Position numbers and translations under genes: made by a program. From positions 10,602,001-10,666,000 of the forward strand of contig OZ024760.1 of NCBI GenBank assembly GCA_964016885.1: a DNA stretch of 64,000 bases. The letters are read 5' to 3'. The notes beneath the pieces are model-generated. The model had not been told where the DNA came from, made no database searches, and saw only the letters and a list, made by a program, of their open reading frames with translations. How positions within the stretch are numbered: the first letter of the stretch is position 1; the number at the start of each line of letters is the position of its first letter. Source of the stretch: Eledone cirrhosa. Its lineage: Eukaryota. Shown piece after piece: positions 27,600 to 41,147 of the stretch.

Positions 27600-28180
27600 C
27601 ACTGAATCTATGCCTCTCTCACCCAGTCATTTTCCTCCTTCCTCAACACATGACCCAACCATCTCACCCATTTCTCTTCACAACATCCATCACAAGGCGT
27701 TATTCCTTTCACCCAGTCACTTTCATCCTTCCTCAACACATGACCGAACCATTTCATTTCTCTTTATAACATCCATTACTGGCCCTGTTCCTCTCACCCT
27801 GTCACTTTCCTCCTTCAACACATGACCCAACCATCTCATTCCTCAACACATGACCTAACCATCTCAATTCATTTCTCTTCACAACTCCTTCTTCAACACG
27901 TGACCCAACCATCTCATTCCATCTCTCTTCACAACATCCATCACAACGCACTACTCCTCTCACCCAGTTATTTTCAGATTTTCTTAGCACATGACCAAAC
28001 CATCTCATTCCCATTTCTCTTCACATTCACCACTGGCTCTATTCCTCTCAACCAGCTATTTTCTTACTTTCTCAACACATGACCCCGCTATCTCATTCCA
28101 CACCATCCATTACAAGGCTCTATTCCTCTCACCCAGTTAGTACATACTTCCTGAACATATGACCCAGCTGTCTCATTCAT
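27600..28180 (-). repeat. Degenerate tandem repeat of an RTE LINE fragment
   Basis: Recurrent MRWxGHVLR-coding unit (aacacatgacccaaccatctc); a related copy lies at 12270-12380. Confidence 0.7.
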
Positions 28181-28233
28181 TAAAGTGAGACCATTGATCC
28201 AACAAAACAATATAAACCTCCAAGAGAACCTAC

Positions 28234-28294
28234 CTTGACATTTAACTGTACCACCGATCTCCATGCTTGGAATACTTTACATAGAAACAGGTGC
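28234..28294 (-). CDS. USP49: USP44/49-like upstream exon
   Basis: TTCCAG acceptor, GTAGG donor, phase 2 to 0, fitting the Cys-box exon. Reads (R)HLFLCKVFQAWRSVVQLNVK, resembling the helix that follows the ZnF in USP44/49. Confidence 0.72.
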
Positions 28295-28519
28295 CTGGAA
28301 GTGAAGTAAAGACAAAACAACAGATGTATTAGCAGGACAACAATAAAACAGTTGAAAAAAGTCTTGACCTAATGGTTGAAGGTATCAAATCCCAACCCTG
28401 GGCCAGGCCTGTGATTTCAAATCCCAACCCTAAGTCAGGCCTGTGACTTCAAATCCCAACCCTAGGCCAGGCCTCTGACTTCAAATCCCATCCCATATTC
28501 TTGATTATTTGTAAACCAT

Positions 28520-30042
28520 AGGTAATGTCTTTCATTAGAAATATGGTAATGAAAGGGTTAATGACATAGACAGTGTCTTTCATTAGAATTATGGTAATGA
28601 AAGGGTTAATGACATAGACAGTGTCTTTCATTAGAATTATGGTAATGAAAGGGTTAATGACATAGACAGTGTCTTTCATTAGAATTATGGTAATGAAAGG
28701 GTTAATGACATAGACAGTGTCTTTCATTAGAAATATGGTAATGAAAGGGTTAATGACATAGACAGTGTCTTTCATTAGAATTATGGTAATAAAAGTGTTA
28801 ATGACATAGGTAATGTCTTTCATTAAAAATATGGTAATGAAAGGGTTAATGACACAGACAGTGTCTTTCATTAGAAATATGGTAATGAAAGGGTTAATGA
28901 CATAGACAGTGTCTTTCATTAGAAATATGGTAATGAAAGGGTTAATGACATAGACAGTGTCTTTCATTAGAAATATGGTAATGAAAGGGTTAATGACATA
29001 GACAGTGTCTTTCATTAGAAATATGGTAATGAAAGGGTTAATGACATAGACTGTGTCTTTCATTAGAAATATGGTAATGGAAGGGTTAATGACATAAACA
29101 GTGTCTTTCATTAGAAATATGGTAATGAAAGGGTTAATGACATAGACAGTGACTTTCATTAGAAATATGGTAATGAAAGGGTTAATGACATAGACTGTGT
29201 CTTTCATTAGAAATATGGTAATGAAAGGGTTAATGACATAGACAGTGTCTTTCATTAGAAATATGGTAATGAAAGGGTTAATGACATAGACAGTGTCTTT
29301 CATTAGAAATATGGTAATGAAAGGGTTAATGACATAGACTGTGTCTTTCATTAGAAATATGGTAATGAAAGGGTTAATGACATAGACAGTGTCTTTCATT
29401 AGAAATATGGTAATGAAAGGGTTAATGACATAGACTGTGTCTTTCATTAGAAATATGGTAATGAAAGGGTTAATGACATAGACAGTGTCTTTCATTAGAA
29501 ATATGGTAATGAAAGGGTTAATGACATAGACAGTGTCTTTCATTAGAAATATGGTAATGAAAGGGTTAATGACATAGACAGTGTCTTTCATTAGAAATAT
29601 GGTAATGAAAGGGTTAATGACATAGACTGTGTCTTTCATTAGAAATATGGTAATGAAAGGGTTAATGACATAGACAGTGTCTTTCATTAGAAATATGGTA
29701 ATGAAAGGGTTAATGACATAGACAGTGTCTTTCATTAGAAATATGGTAATGAAAGGGTTAATGACATAGACAGTGTCTTTCATTAGAAATATGGTAATGA
29801 AAGGGTTAATGACATAGACTGTGTCTTTCATTAGAAATATGGTAATGAAAGGGTTAATGACATAGACAGTGTCTTTCATTAGAAATATGGTAATGAAAGG
29901 GTTAATGACATAGACTGTGTCTTTCATTAGAAATATGGTAATGAAAGGGTTAATGACATAGACTGTGTCTTTCATTAGAAATATGGTAATGAAAGGGTTA
30001 ATGACATAGACTGTCTTTTAGAAATGCGTAATGAATGGGTTA
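28520..30042 (-). repeat. 48-bp satellite (locus 2 of 3, ~31 copies, inverted orientation)
   Basis: Reverse complement of the unit at 14867-15427. Confidence 0.96.
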
Positions 30043-30311
30043 AAATCATGGAATGATCACATCTTAAACATTAACTACAGGTTTGCTCAGCGGTGGCTGA
30101 ATTAGTGTTAACGAACACGAACACGAACACCACCACCAGCACCACCACCACCACCACCAACAGCAACACTGATGTCATCATCATCACCATCATCATCATA
30201 TAACATTATTGCCTACATATAAACAGTTGACTGATTGTTGACATTACAATCAGACATTTTACTACAAACAGGTGTTACAAGGTGTGTGCCTACCTTCCCT
30301 TCACACTCACA

Positions 30312-30353
<42 letters not shown>

Positions 30354-30747
30354 AAACAGCTGGTACAACACAAACTTTTATACATGGGTCAACTAACACA
30401 TTCACTTTCTCTTCTTCATACACACACACCCACACACACACCGACGTTGACACCCACCCACACACACCAACGTTGACACACACTAACACACACACCCACA
30501 CACACCAACGTTGACACCCACCCACACACACCAACGTTGACACACACTAACACACACACCCACACACACCAACGTTGACACACTCCCACACACACCAACG
30601 TTGACACACTAACACACACACCCACCCACGTTCCACACTAACACCCACGTCTCACACACCCACCCACACATGTTCAACCTACGTCATTGATATATTCTTG
30701 TAAGTTTTCTCACAATCAACTGTAAAAAATTCATGTTTTACTACGAC

Positions 30748-31519
30748 AATATAGTACAGCTTAGTACACACACACACACAATATAGTACAGCTTAGTACA
30801 CACATACACAATATAGTACAGCTTAGTACACACACACACCCAATATAGTACAGTTTAGTACACACACACACCCAATATAGTACAGTTTAGTACACACACA
30901 CACCCAATATAGTACAGCTTAGTACACACACATACCCAATATAGTACAGCTTAGTACACACACACACCCAATATAGTACAGCTTAGTACACACACATACC
31001 CAATATAGTACAACTTAGTACACACACACACCCAATATAGTACAGCTTAGTACACACACACACCCAATATAGTACAACTTAGTACACACACACACCCAAT
31101 ATAGTACAGCTTAGTACACACACATACCCAATATAGTACAGCTTAGTACACACATACGCAATATAGTACAGCTTAGTACACACACATACCCAATATAGTA
31201 CAGCTTAGTACACACATACACAATATAGTACAGCTTAGTACACACACATACCCAATATAGTACAGCTTAGTACACACATACGCAATATAGTACAGCTTAG
31301 TACACACACATACCCAATATAGTACAGCTTAGTACACACATACACAATATAGTACAGCTTAGTACACACACACACCCAATATAGTACAGTTTAGTACACA
31401 CACACACCCAATATAGTACAGCTTAGTACACACACATACCCAATATAGTACAGCTTAGTACACACACCCAATATAGTACAGCTTAGTACACACACACACC
31501 CAATATAGTAGAGCTTAGT
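30748..31519. repeat. ~32-34-bp minisatellite caatatagtacagcttagta(ca)n
   Basis: Tandem units with a variable CA tract. Confidence 0.93.
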
Positions 31520-32206
31520 CAGCTTTTATTCATCACAGAATGTAACCCATGTTTCACAGATGATTAGCTCAAGGTGTTAATTGATATGATCAACCTGACT
31601 CTGGATTTGATCTGCTCCCAGAATCTGGTTGATCATACTGATTAAGACCTTGAGCTGATCATCTGTGAAACACATGTCACGTTCAAATGTACATAGATAC
31701 ACACATCACGAAATAGTTAAGATTCATGTGGAAGAGTACACACACACACACACACATACACACACACACACACATACAGATACATACACATAAAAACACA
31801 CGTGCAGATACACATAAATGCACAGACACACATACATGCATAGACACACACAGACAGGCAGACACACACATGTGCAGACACACATACATGCATAGACACA
31901 CACAGACAGGCAGACACACACATGTGCAGACACACATACATGCATATATACACACACACACACACACACACATCCACATAGACATGAGCAGACACAAATA
32001 CATGCATAAACACACACACACACACATACATACAGATACACACACATGTGCATACACACATACATACCCCCCTCCCCACCACCACCACATGTAAACACAG
32101 CCAAAAATACATGAAATGAGAGGGGTTACCCCTAGCTGTTGAAACTTGCCCCCAATAAAAATAATCCCTCACAATAGAGATTAAGTGAACGCAACATTTA
32201 ACATTA

Positions 32207-32764
32207 AGTAATACATATCCCCCTATAAACGCCCCCTAAATTACTGGTTTACATGTTACTCAACCACCCTGTTGGGCAGGGTAGCAAGGAGGGGTAGGCA
32301 GTAATACATATCCCCCTATAAACGCCCCCTAAATTACTGGTTTACATGTTACTCAACCACCCTGTTGGGCAGGGTAGCAAGGAGGGGTAGGCAGTAATAC
32401 ATATCCCCCTATAAACGCCCCCTAAATTACTGGTTTGCATGTTACTCAACCACCCTGTTGGGCAGGGTAGCAAGGAGGGGTAGGCAGTAATACATATCCC
32501 CCTATAAACGCCCCCTAAATTACTGGTTTACATGTTACTCAACCACCCTGTTGGGCAGGGTAGCAAGGAGGGGTAGGCAGTATTACATATCCCCCTATAA
32601 ACGCCCCCTAAATTACTGGTTTACATGTTACTCAACCACCCTGTTGAGCAGGGTAGCAAGGAGGGGTAGGCAGTAATACATATCCCCCTATAAACGCCCC
32701 CTAAATTACTGGTTTGCATGTTACTCAACCACCCTGTTGGGCAGGGTAGCAAGGAGGGGTAGGC
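32207..32764. repeat. 93-bp tandem repeat, 6 copies
   Basis: Near-identical units agtaatacatatccccc...ggaggggtaggc. Confidence 0.95.
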
Positions 32765-32789
32765 TTTTGAAGTGAGTTCTGCTTATGAA

Positions 32790-33152
32790 ACAACTGGCAC
32801 GCCATCGGTTACGACGACGATAAGATCAATGGAACAGCCTGCTGGTGAAATCAGTGGCAGAATGCAAGTGGCTGAGCATTCCCGACATATGTACCCGTAA
32901 CGTAAGTTCTCAGAGAGATTCAGTGTGTCACGGAATGTGACAAGGCTGGCCCTTCGAATTACACGGACAACTCACTTTTTGGCAGCTGAGTGGACAGGAG
33001 CAACATGAAATAAAGTGTCTTGCTCAAGGACACAGTGGACAGGAGCAACATGAAATAAAGTGTCTTGCTCAAGGACATAATGAACTGGGAATTGAACTCA
33101 CGGCCTTATGATCGTGAGTCAAACACCCTAACAACTAAGCCTTAGGCCTTCA
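32790..33152 (-). mobile_element. tRNA/CORE-type SINE family C
   Basis: Shares the tRNA head and CORE-like segment of family A but has a different 3' body. Second copy at 47661-47978. Confidence 0.75.
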
Positions 33153-33516
33153 CAAGTACTAGTTATAAACCTGAGGTAAAACCAGACCTGTTTACATGAC
33201 TCTGTTTAGTAGGATTGAATAGCTAGAGGGGAGGGTATGTGGGTAGGTGGATGGGGTGGTGGGTGAGAAGATGGTTAGATGGGTGGTTATGTGGGTAGGT
33301 GGATGGGGTGGGTAGATGGGTGGTTATGTGGGTAGGTGGATGAGGTGTGTGGGTGGACAGGTTTCTAAAGTAACTTCTTATAAATTGAATCTAAAACATT
33401 ATAGTTGGCCATGTACCTCAGCCACCCTGTTTCTAGGGAAGGTGGGAAGATTTTTAATTCATCTGATACCAGCTTGAAGAAGACCTGCTCTGGTTCTATG
33501 AAATATAACCATCCAT

Positions 33517-34114
33517 TTAACCCTTTACCATTCACATTACTCTATCATCATCATCATTATCATCACCGTTTTACGTCCGATCTTCCACGTTAACATGGGT
33601 TAGACGGGTTGTCCTGTTGTGTGCAGTGTCTGGTCGGCTGACCATGCCTTGCTCATACAGGAACTGATTTGGCTTGATTTCTACAGCTGGATGCCCTTCC
33701 TAACACCAACCTCATTTACAGTGAGTGGTGGGTGCTTTTTCGTGGCGCCTACACGTCCACTTTACAGTGTGGGCTGGGTGCTTTTTTGCCGTGGCACCTC
33801 CACGACCACCTTGCAGTGGGAGGGTGTGGGGGCATATTGTCTATATGCTTCAGCTTGTACCCATGGGAGGTCAGGTACTCTGTATTACTGCGTGACGCCA
33901 GAGGTCACGGTCGTGTGTCATTGTCTATATATACTATTATATTTTCATGGTAAAGGCTTTACCTCACATAATATCGAATCTATGAGATTTTGAAAGTAAT
34001 TATTTTGAGAACAATACCTTAACATCAGTTTGAGTGACCAGTTACAGCCAGTTTCAACAGAAAGAGGTAGAGAATTCTGGCTGGTTTTGGCCGGTTTGAA
34101 CATTAAAGGGCTAA
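33517..34114. mobile_element. piggyBac-like MITE with nested SINE (about 33546-33925)
   Basis: TTAA|CCCTTT ... AAAGGG|CTAA, interrupted at the CTATATATA site. Confidence 0.78.
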
Positions 34115-34260
34115 AAAAATTCCTATCTAATTTAAAATAACTTTAAATCTTCCAACATAATTTGATATAAAAATCTCTTGTTAAGTCATCTTAATAATGA
34201 AATCATTATTAATTTTAGTAGTGTAATTAATACGAAGCATTGTGAAATATGTAATATATG

Positions 34261-34415
34261 ACTGATAAGTTTCAAAAAGCCAGTACAATGTGATAGAAAA
34301 ATACAAAAGGCAAAATGATGACAAAACAAAACATTACTTCATTTTGTTTTATTTGTTATCATTTGCCCATTGTATTTTTCTACCGCATTGTACTGGCTTT
34401 TTGAAAATTATCAGT
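34261..34415. mobile_element. Imperfect ~155-bp foldback element (probable MITE)
   Basis: actgataagtttcaaaaagccagtacaatg...agaaaaatac pairs with gtatttttct...cattgtactggctttttgaaaattatcagt. Confidence 0.75.
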
Positions 34416-35337
34416 TCATTAATTTTAGTAATTCTCTCCAAATTCTTCATTAATTAAGCCAAATACAGTGTTTTTCATAAGAAATATGATAAAGAAAGGG
34501 TTTAAGAGACTTCTGATATAAAAGGAAAGGAAAGAAGCTGATCTTCAGATCAGACCAAGGAAACTGTGTTTCCATTGCTGATACTGTCTTTAGATTGTGA
34601 GATCACATTGGATCAAGGAAACAATGTTTCTATTAGTCTTTCCATTACTGATACTATCTGTAGATCATCAGATCAGACCAAGGAAACAATGTTGAGATGT
34701 CAGATTAACAGTCTCTCATACCACCAATGGCCATAATCTTGACACATTTCGTAAATATTTATTAAAAACTTTTTCTAATCTAAACTTTAAAATGACTACA
34801 GATACAAATCTAATGTAAATTTCTTTGATATTAATCTTGATTTACCCTATATTTACTATATCTACTAGTGAAGGCGCATATCTTAGTGGTTAGAGCACTG
34901 GGCTTACAATCGAAGGGTTGTGAGTTCAATTTTCGGACCGGGCGATGTGTTGTTTCCTTGAGCAAGACACTTTATTTTACGTTGCTCCAGTTTACTCAGC
35001 TGTAGAAATGAGATGATAGAACTGGGGTCCCTATCATTAAATTACCCAAGACACCTCCAACGAGATATACCTTGGAGGAGGCCAACTAAACCTGCATAGG
35101 TGTGAGCTGTCACACACACATATTCACTATTGTATTTTCACAGAAAAGGCTTTACCTCACATAATTATTTCACATAATATCAAATCTATGAGATTTTGAT
35201 ATTATTTATTTTGAGAACAATACCTTAACACCAGTATGAGGGGCCAGTTATGGCCAGTTTGAACAGTGAGACGATTCTGGCTAGATATGTTTAGTTTAAA
35301 TGCTAAAGGGTTAAATTAGAGATAAAACAAATCTTAC

Positions 35338-35388
35338 CTCAGTTTGGCTGGCTTCTCTTTTCTCTTGGTGGATTTACACGTCATTTTC
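35338..35388 (-). CDS. USP49: USP44/49-like most upstream supported exon; possible start ATG at 35384-35382
   Basis: Strong TTTTCTCTTTCAG acceptor and GTAAG donor. The only stop-free frame is phase 2 to 2, reading KMTCKSTKRKEKPAKL(R), and it joins 28294 in frame. Confidence 0.68.
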
Positions 35389-35867
35389 CTGAAAGAGAAA
35401 ACAAAAGTACTTTAACCCAGGGTCACTTATAGAGGTTGGGTGTGAGATGGGGTCTGTGAGGATTTAAATCATCAACATCAACATTACAGCCAGTTTTCCA
35501 TGCTGGCATGGATTGGATGGAACATTTTTAGGTAACATTTTATAGTTGGTACCAACCCTTTTTTTTTCAATTTCTCTAACCAATCAAAGGGTCAGTTGTT
35601 TTGCTTGAGGACCGACCAGGTCTGTCAATGACCCTGGTCTTTTGATGACCTATTCAACCCTACCATCTCACTTACGGTCTACCCCTGGGTTTCCTGCCAG
35701 TTGGTTTTGCATGTCAAATATGTCCTGCAATTCTTCCCCGAGACAGTCTAACCACACCACATGTCTGTTATATCAGAACTGTGATCTCTCAACTCGAAGA
35801 AGTCGCAGCTCTACCTGGAGTGAGGCGTCTCTCATCCCCGAGCTATTTGCACTCTATCGGTGGTGGT

Positions 35868-36192
35868 GGTGGTGGTGGTGATGGGTGATAGGTGATGGTA
35901 GTGGTGATCATTGCGATGGTGATGGCGGTGCCGATAATGGTAGAGATGGTGGTGGTGGTGGTGATGATGGTGATCATTGCGATGGTGATGGCGGTGCCGA
36001 TGATGGTGGTGGTGGTGGTGGTGATGATGGTGGTGATCATTGTGATGGTGATGGCGGTGCCGATGATGGTGGTGGTGGTGGTGGTGATGGTGGTGGTGGT
36101 GGTGATGATGGTGATCATTGCGATGGTGATGGCGGTGCCGATGATGGTGGTGGTGGTGGTGATGATGGTGATCATTGTGATGGTGATGGCGG

Positions 36193-36224
<32 letters not shown>

Positions 36225-36836
36225 ATGGTGGTGATGATGGTGATCATTGTGATGGTGATGGCGGTGCCGATGATGGTGGTGGTGGTGGTGGTGGTGGTGG
36301 TGGTGATGGTGATCATTGTGATGGTGATGGCGGTGCCGATGGTGGTGGTGGTGGTGGTGATGATGGTGATCATTGTGATGGTGATGGCGGTGCCGATGGT
36401 GGTGGTGGTGGTGATGATGGTGATCATTGCGATGGTGATGGCGGTGCCGATGATGGTGGTGGTGGTGGTGATGATGGTGATGGTAGTGATGGTGATGGCG
36501 GTGCCGATGATGGTGATGGTGGTGGTGGTGATGGTAGTGATGATGGGTGATGGTAGTGGTGATCATTGTGATGGTGATGGCGGTGCCGATGATGGTAGAG
36601 ATGGGGATGATGATGGTGGTGGTGGTGATGATGATGATGGTGGCGGTGATGGTAGTGATGGTGATGATGTTGGTAGTGATGGTGATGATGATGATGATGA
36701 TGGTGTTGATGATGGTGGCAGTGATGGTGATGATAGTGAGAGTGGTAGTGTTGATGGTGGTGGTGGTGGTGGTGGTGGTGGTGGTGATAATGGAAGTGGT
36801 GATGATTGTGATGGTGGCGATGATGGTGATGGTGAT
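35868..36836. repeat. GGT/GAT trinucleotide-based array
   Basis: Recurring gatcattg(c/t)gatggtgatggcggtgccgat unit separated by variable (GGT)n. Confidence 0.95.
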
Positions 36837-36855
36837 TGATTTTGCTGTTGTTCAG

Positions 36856-36983
36856 AATGATCAACACCAGATTCCTCCTGGTTGTGAAGCGAGCCTGTTA
36901 TCCACATGGCTTATTCAACTTCCTATAGCTTTATTACATGCTGCGTGTAAGCCACTCCCGCCTCCACCACATGTGGCACAGAG
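36856..36983 (+). other. Candidate plus-strand (antisense) exon
   Basis: TTTTGCTGTTGTTCAG acceptor, AG|GTAAGA donor, 128 nt of unique sequence with one open frame (NDQHQIPPGCEASLL...HVAQR). Confidence 0.3.
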
Positions 36984-37429
36984 GTAAGAAGTGAGGCCCA
37001 GCACTACTTCATGCCTACCCAGTTATATAACTGACTGCCGACTCAGAACAAAAGATTTGATGCTTAGAACAGCTTAGTAGCTACCGGAACAATTTGAAAG
37101 AAAGTCTTTTAAAAAAAAAAAATTTGTTTAAATGTTTAACATTTAGTATTTTACGGTAGATGAGAAGAGGAACAGATTAAGAAGGGTAATTTTTTTTTTT
37201 CTTTTGTGCTTGAGTGTATTTGTGAATTTGTGTGTGTGTGTGTGTGTGTATTGATGTATATATAGATTAGAGCAAACATCACGGGCGCTCTATCTCAAAT
37301 TTATTTTTGAAAAGCATTTAGAAATGCGCAACCGGTAAAACTTAAAACCAAAACTGAATACTAACCAATACTATTACTAATTACTATTTTTCACTGTGAA
37401 CAATTTGTCAGCATTTTCTATTCCGTTTA

Positions 37430-37506
<77 letters not shown>

Positions 37507-38427
37507 TAAGTATTTCCATAGAAAAAGTAAAGGAAAAAAAAAAGAGTGCTCTATGTATGGTACAGAGCTATTTAGATATCTATCTCATCTGATGAATGTG
37601 CTGGACATTTCTGTAAGGATCTTCTAGTTTCTTGAAACCTTTGCTAATGAAATAATTATATTGTGTTGTTTATTATGTAATTAAATATATCATCATCATC
37701 ATCATCATTTTACGTCCGCTTTTCCCTGCTTGCAAGGGTGGGACGGGTCTTATTCAGCACAGCATCTCTCCACTTCTCACGGTCCTTCGTCATCTCCACA
37801 TCAGCTTAATAATTGTTTCTACTTTAGGCACAAGGCCAGCAATCACCCCCGTGCATTACTGGTACTTTATTTTATCGACCCCGTAAGGATGAAAGGCAAA
37901 GTTAACCTTGGCGGGATTTGAACTCAGATCATAAAGGGGCGTAACTCTGTGATGCAAAGCATAACGTCAGCTTAATAATAAATGATAAAGTTATGTTATT
38001 AAATCACTTCAAATTCTTGATTATTTTCAAAATGATTTGAAAATTATTGACAGTCTCTTTCATTAAAAATATAGTAATAATACATAATGTGATTTTCTTT
38101 CATGCATTTTAAATTTTTTGTTCATATTTGTCCATAATGATCAGAATGATAGGCGAGAAATACACAATATTGAATTAATTTTCAGCATTGTAAAGAAAAA
38201 TTTGATATGCCAATTAGAGACATTTTTCCCATTTAAAAATTTAATCATGTAATCACAAAAATTTCCTTTATCTAGGTGCATTGCCTAAGTTGGTATCTTT
38301 CACTCTGCTTTCTTCTCCTTATGTAGCTGTCAGAGTAAATCAGCAGGTGTTACGTAATACAATAACACCATTAATTCAGATATAAACTTGATTCTTCATA
38401 GATCTATCAGCTTGTTCGTCGTTTGGT

Positions 38428-38780
38428 AACCCTTTCATTGCCATATTTCTAATGAAAGACACTACCTATGTCATTAACCCTTTCATTGCCATATTTCTAA
38501 TGAAAGACACTGTCTATGTCATTAACCCTTTCATTGCCATATTTCTAATGAAAGACACTGTCTATGTCATTAACCCTTTCATTACCATATTTCTAATGAA
38601 AGACACTGTCTATGTCATTAACCCTTTCATTACCATATTTCTAATGAAAGACACTGCCTATGTCATTAACCCTTTCATTACCATATTTCTAATGAAAGAC
38701 ACTGTCTATGTCATTAACCCTTTCATTACCATATTTCTAATGAAAGACACTGTCTATGTCATTAACCCTTTCATTACCAT
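38428..38780 (+). repeat. 48-bp satellite (locus 3 of 3)
   Basis: Same unit as 14867-15427. Confidence 0.95.
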
Positions 38781-39006
38781 TTTTTTTCATCTAAATATAA
38801 ACATTTTAAAATAAAAAGCTTTGTGTTGAAGCACCAGAGGCGGTCTCAGATTGTTTGGTATGAAAAAGCTAAATTCTTCAGTTCCAATCATACACAGTGA
38901 AAGCACATGGTTTAATGGTAAGTGTGGTGGACTACGATCATAACATTGGGTGTTGTGTTCTTGAGCAAAACACTTTATTTCACATTGCCCAAGTATACTC
39001 GGCTGT

Positions 39007-40106
39007 AGTACCACCAGTGGTAGCTGGGTACCACCAATTGTAGCTGGGTACCACCAGTGGTAGCTGGGTACCACCAGTGATAGCTGGGTACCACCAGTGA
39101 TAGCTGGGTACCACCAGTGGTAGCTGGGTACCACCAGTGATAGCTGGGTACCACCAGTGATAGCTGGGTACCACCAGTGGTAGCTGGGTACCACCAGTGG
39201 TAGCTGGGTACCACCAGTGGTAGCTGGGTACCACCAGTGGTAGCTGGGTACCACCAGTGGTAGCTGGGTACCACCAGTGGTAGCTGGGTACCACCAGTGG
39301 TAGGTGGGTACCACCAGTGGTAGCTGGGTACCACCAGTGGTAGCTGGGTACCACCAGTGGCAGCTGGGTACCACCAGTGATAGCTGGGTACCACCAGTGA
39401 TAGCTGGGTACCACCAGTGGTAGCTGGGTACCACCAGTGGTAGCTGGGTACCACCAGTGGTAGCTGGGTACCACCAGTGGTAGCTGGGTACCACCAGTGG
39501 TAGCTGGGTACCACCAGTGGTAGCTGGGTACCACCAGTGGTAGCTGGGTACCACCAGTGGTAGCTGGGTACCACCAGTGGTAGCTGGGTACCACCAGTGG
39601 TAGCTGGGTACCACCAGTGGTAGCTGGGTACCACCAGTGGTAGCTGGGTACCACCAGTGGTAGCTGGGTACCACCAGTGGTAGCTGGGTACCACCAGTGG
39701 TAGCTGGGTACCACCAGTGGTAGCTGGGTACCACCAGTGATAGCTGGGTACCACCAGTGGTAGCTGGGTACCACCAGTGGTAGCTGGGTACCACCAGTGG
39801 TAGCTGGGTACCACCAGTGGTAGCTGGGTACCACCAGTGGTAGCTGGGTACCACCAGTGGTAGCTGGGTACCACCAGTGGTAGCTGGGTACCACCAGTGG
39901 TAGCTGGGTACCACCAGTGGTAGCTGGGTACCACCAGTGGTAGCTGGGTACCACCAGTGGTAGCTGGGTACCACCAGTGGTAGCTGGGTACCACCAGTGG
40001 TAGCTGGGTACCACCAGTGGTAGCTGGGTACCACCAGTGGTAGCTGGGTACCACCAGTGGTAGCTGGGTACCACCAGTGGTAGCTGGGTACCACCAGTGG
40101 TAGGTG
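39007..40106. repeat. 20-bp minisatellite (~55 copies) directly after a SINE head (38900-39006)
   Basis: Highly homogeneous unit taccaccagtggtagctggg. Confidence 0.97.
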
Positions 40107-41147
40107 GGAGTTTAACTCTCCAAACAACAATTTAATAATGAGAAACTTAATTACATTACTAAATCTCATCATCACTGTTTAATGTCCATTTTTCTACACT
40201 AGCATGGGTCAGACGAGTTGTCTTGTTGTGAGACAAGCTAAATCAGATGACTGTGTCTTGCTCATACAGGGCTGATTTGAGTTTGGTTTTAATGGCTGGA
40301 TATCCTTCCTAACGCCAACCACATTTACAGTGTGGACTAGGTGATCTTTGTCATGACACTTATACAATCACTTTACAGAGTGGACTGGGTGCTTTTTGTC
40401 GTGACACCTACACGACCAATTTACAGCGTGGACTAGATATTTTTTGTCATAACACCTACATGAAAACTTTACAGTGTCAGCTGGGTGCTTTTAGTTATAA
40501 CCTACATGACCACTTTATAGTGTGGACTAGATATTTTTTGTCATAACACCTACATGACCACTTTACAGTGTGGCAATTTTTCAAAATTTTTTGAAAATCG
40601 TGGACAGTTTTTTTCCCCTTTGTAACTCCTGATGGGGTCGTAAGGGCATCATAATGCCATATGGCTTTTCTTTGGTATTTTAAACCTGGCAGAATCCACC
40701 CTTTACTAGGTTTGAATACAGCAGATTTCTTCCAGAGAAGGACAGAGAATGAGAGAATGGATTTGAGAAAGATATATAGGGGCAGAATCAACCCCAGTAC
40801 TAAACTGGTACTTTTTTTTATCAACCTCAAAAGGATGAAAGGTAAAGTTGAGCTCAGCTAGATTGGAACTCAGAGAGCAGAGAACAAGAACAAATAGCAC
40901 AAAGCATTCTATCTGACATTCTAATGACTTCCAATTAGCCGCCTTCATTCCTCATATATTAGATGACAAAGAAAGTGGAAAAGGTATGACTGTTTGGTAT
41001 TGATAATGTTTGGTATGATTGGTAATGACAAAAGATATTATGGTGTCTGGTTAATAAGGAAGTAAGTCCTTTTGAAAGTGGGCCAACCAAGCTACTCATT
41101 CTTCTATTGTCCTCACTTTAGTAACCTAACTTCAATGATAAAGTTTA

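Noticed and set aside
28449-29975. 508-aa MKDTVYVINPFITIFL repeat protein
   Set aside because: Translation of the 48-bp satellite, which occurs in both orientations at three loci.
35832-36907. His-rich and Gly/Asp-rich ORFs resembling cephalopod beak or biomineral proteins
   Set aside because: Open in nearly all frames because it is a triplet repeat; no signal peptide or unique flanking coding sequence.
36985-37035. Minus-strand TATA (TATATAA) plus Inr-like TCACTTC as the USP promoter
   Set aside because: Spacing is about 37 bp, longer than canonical, and no convincing downstream splice donor follows.
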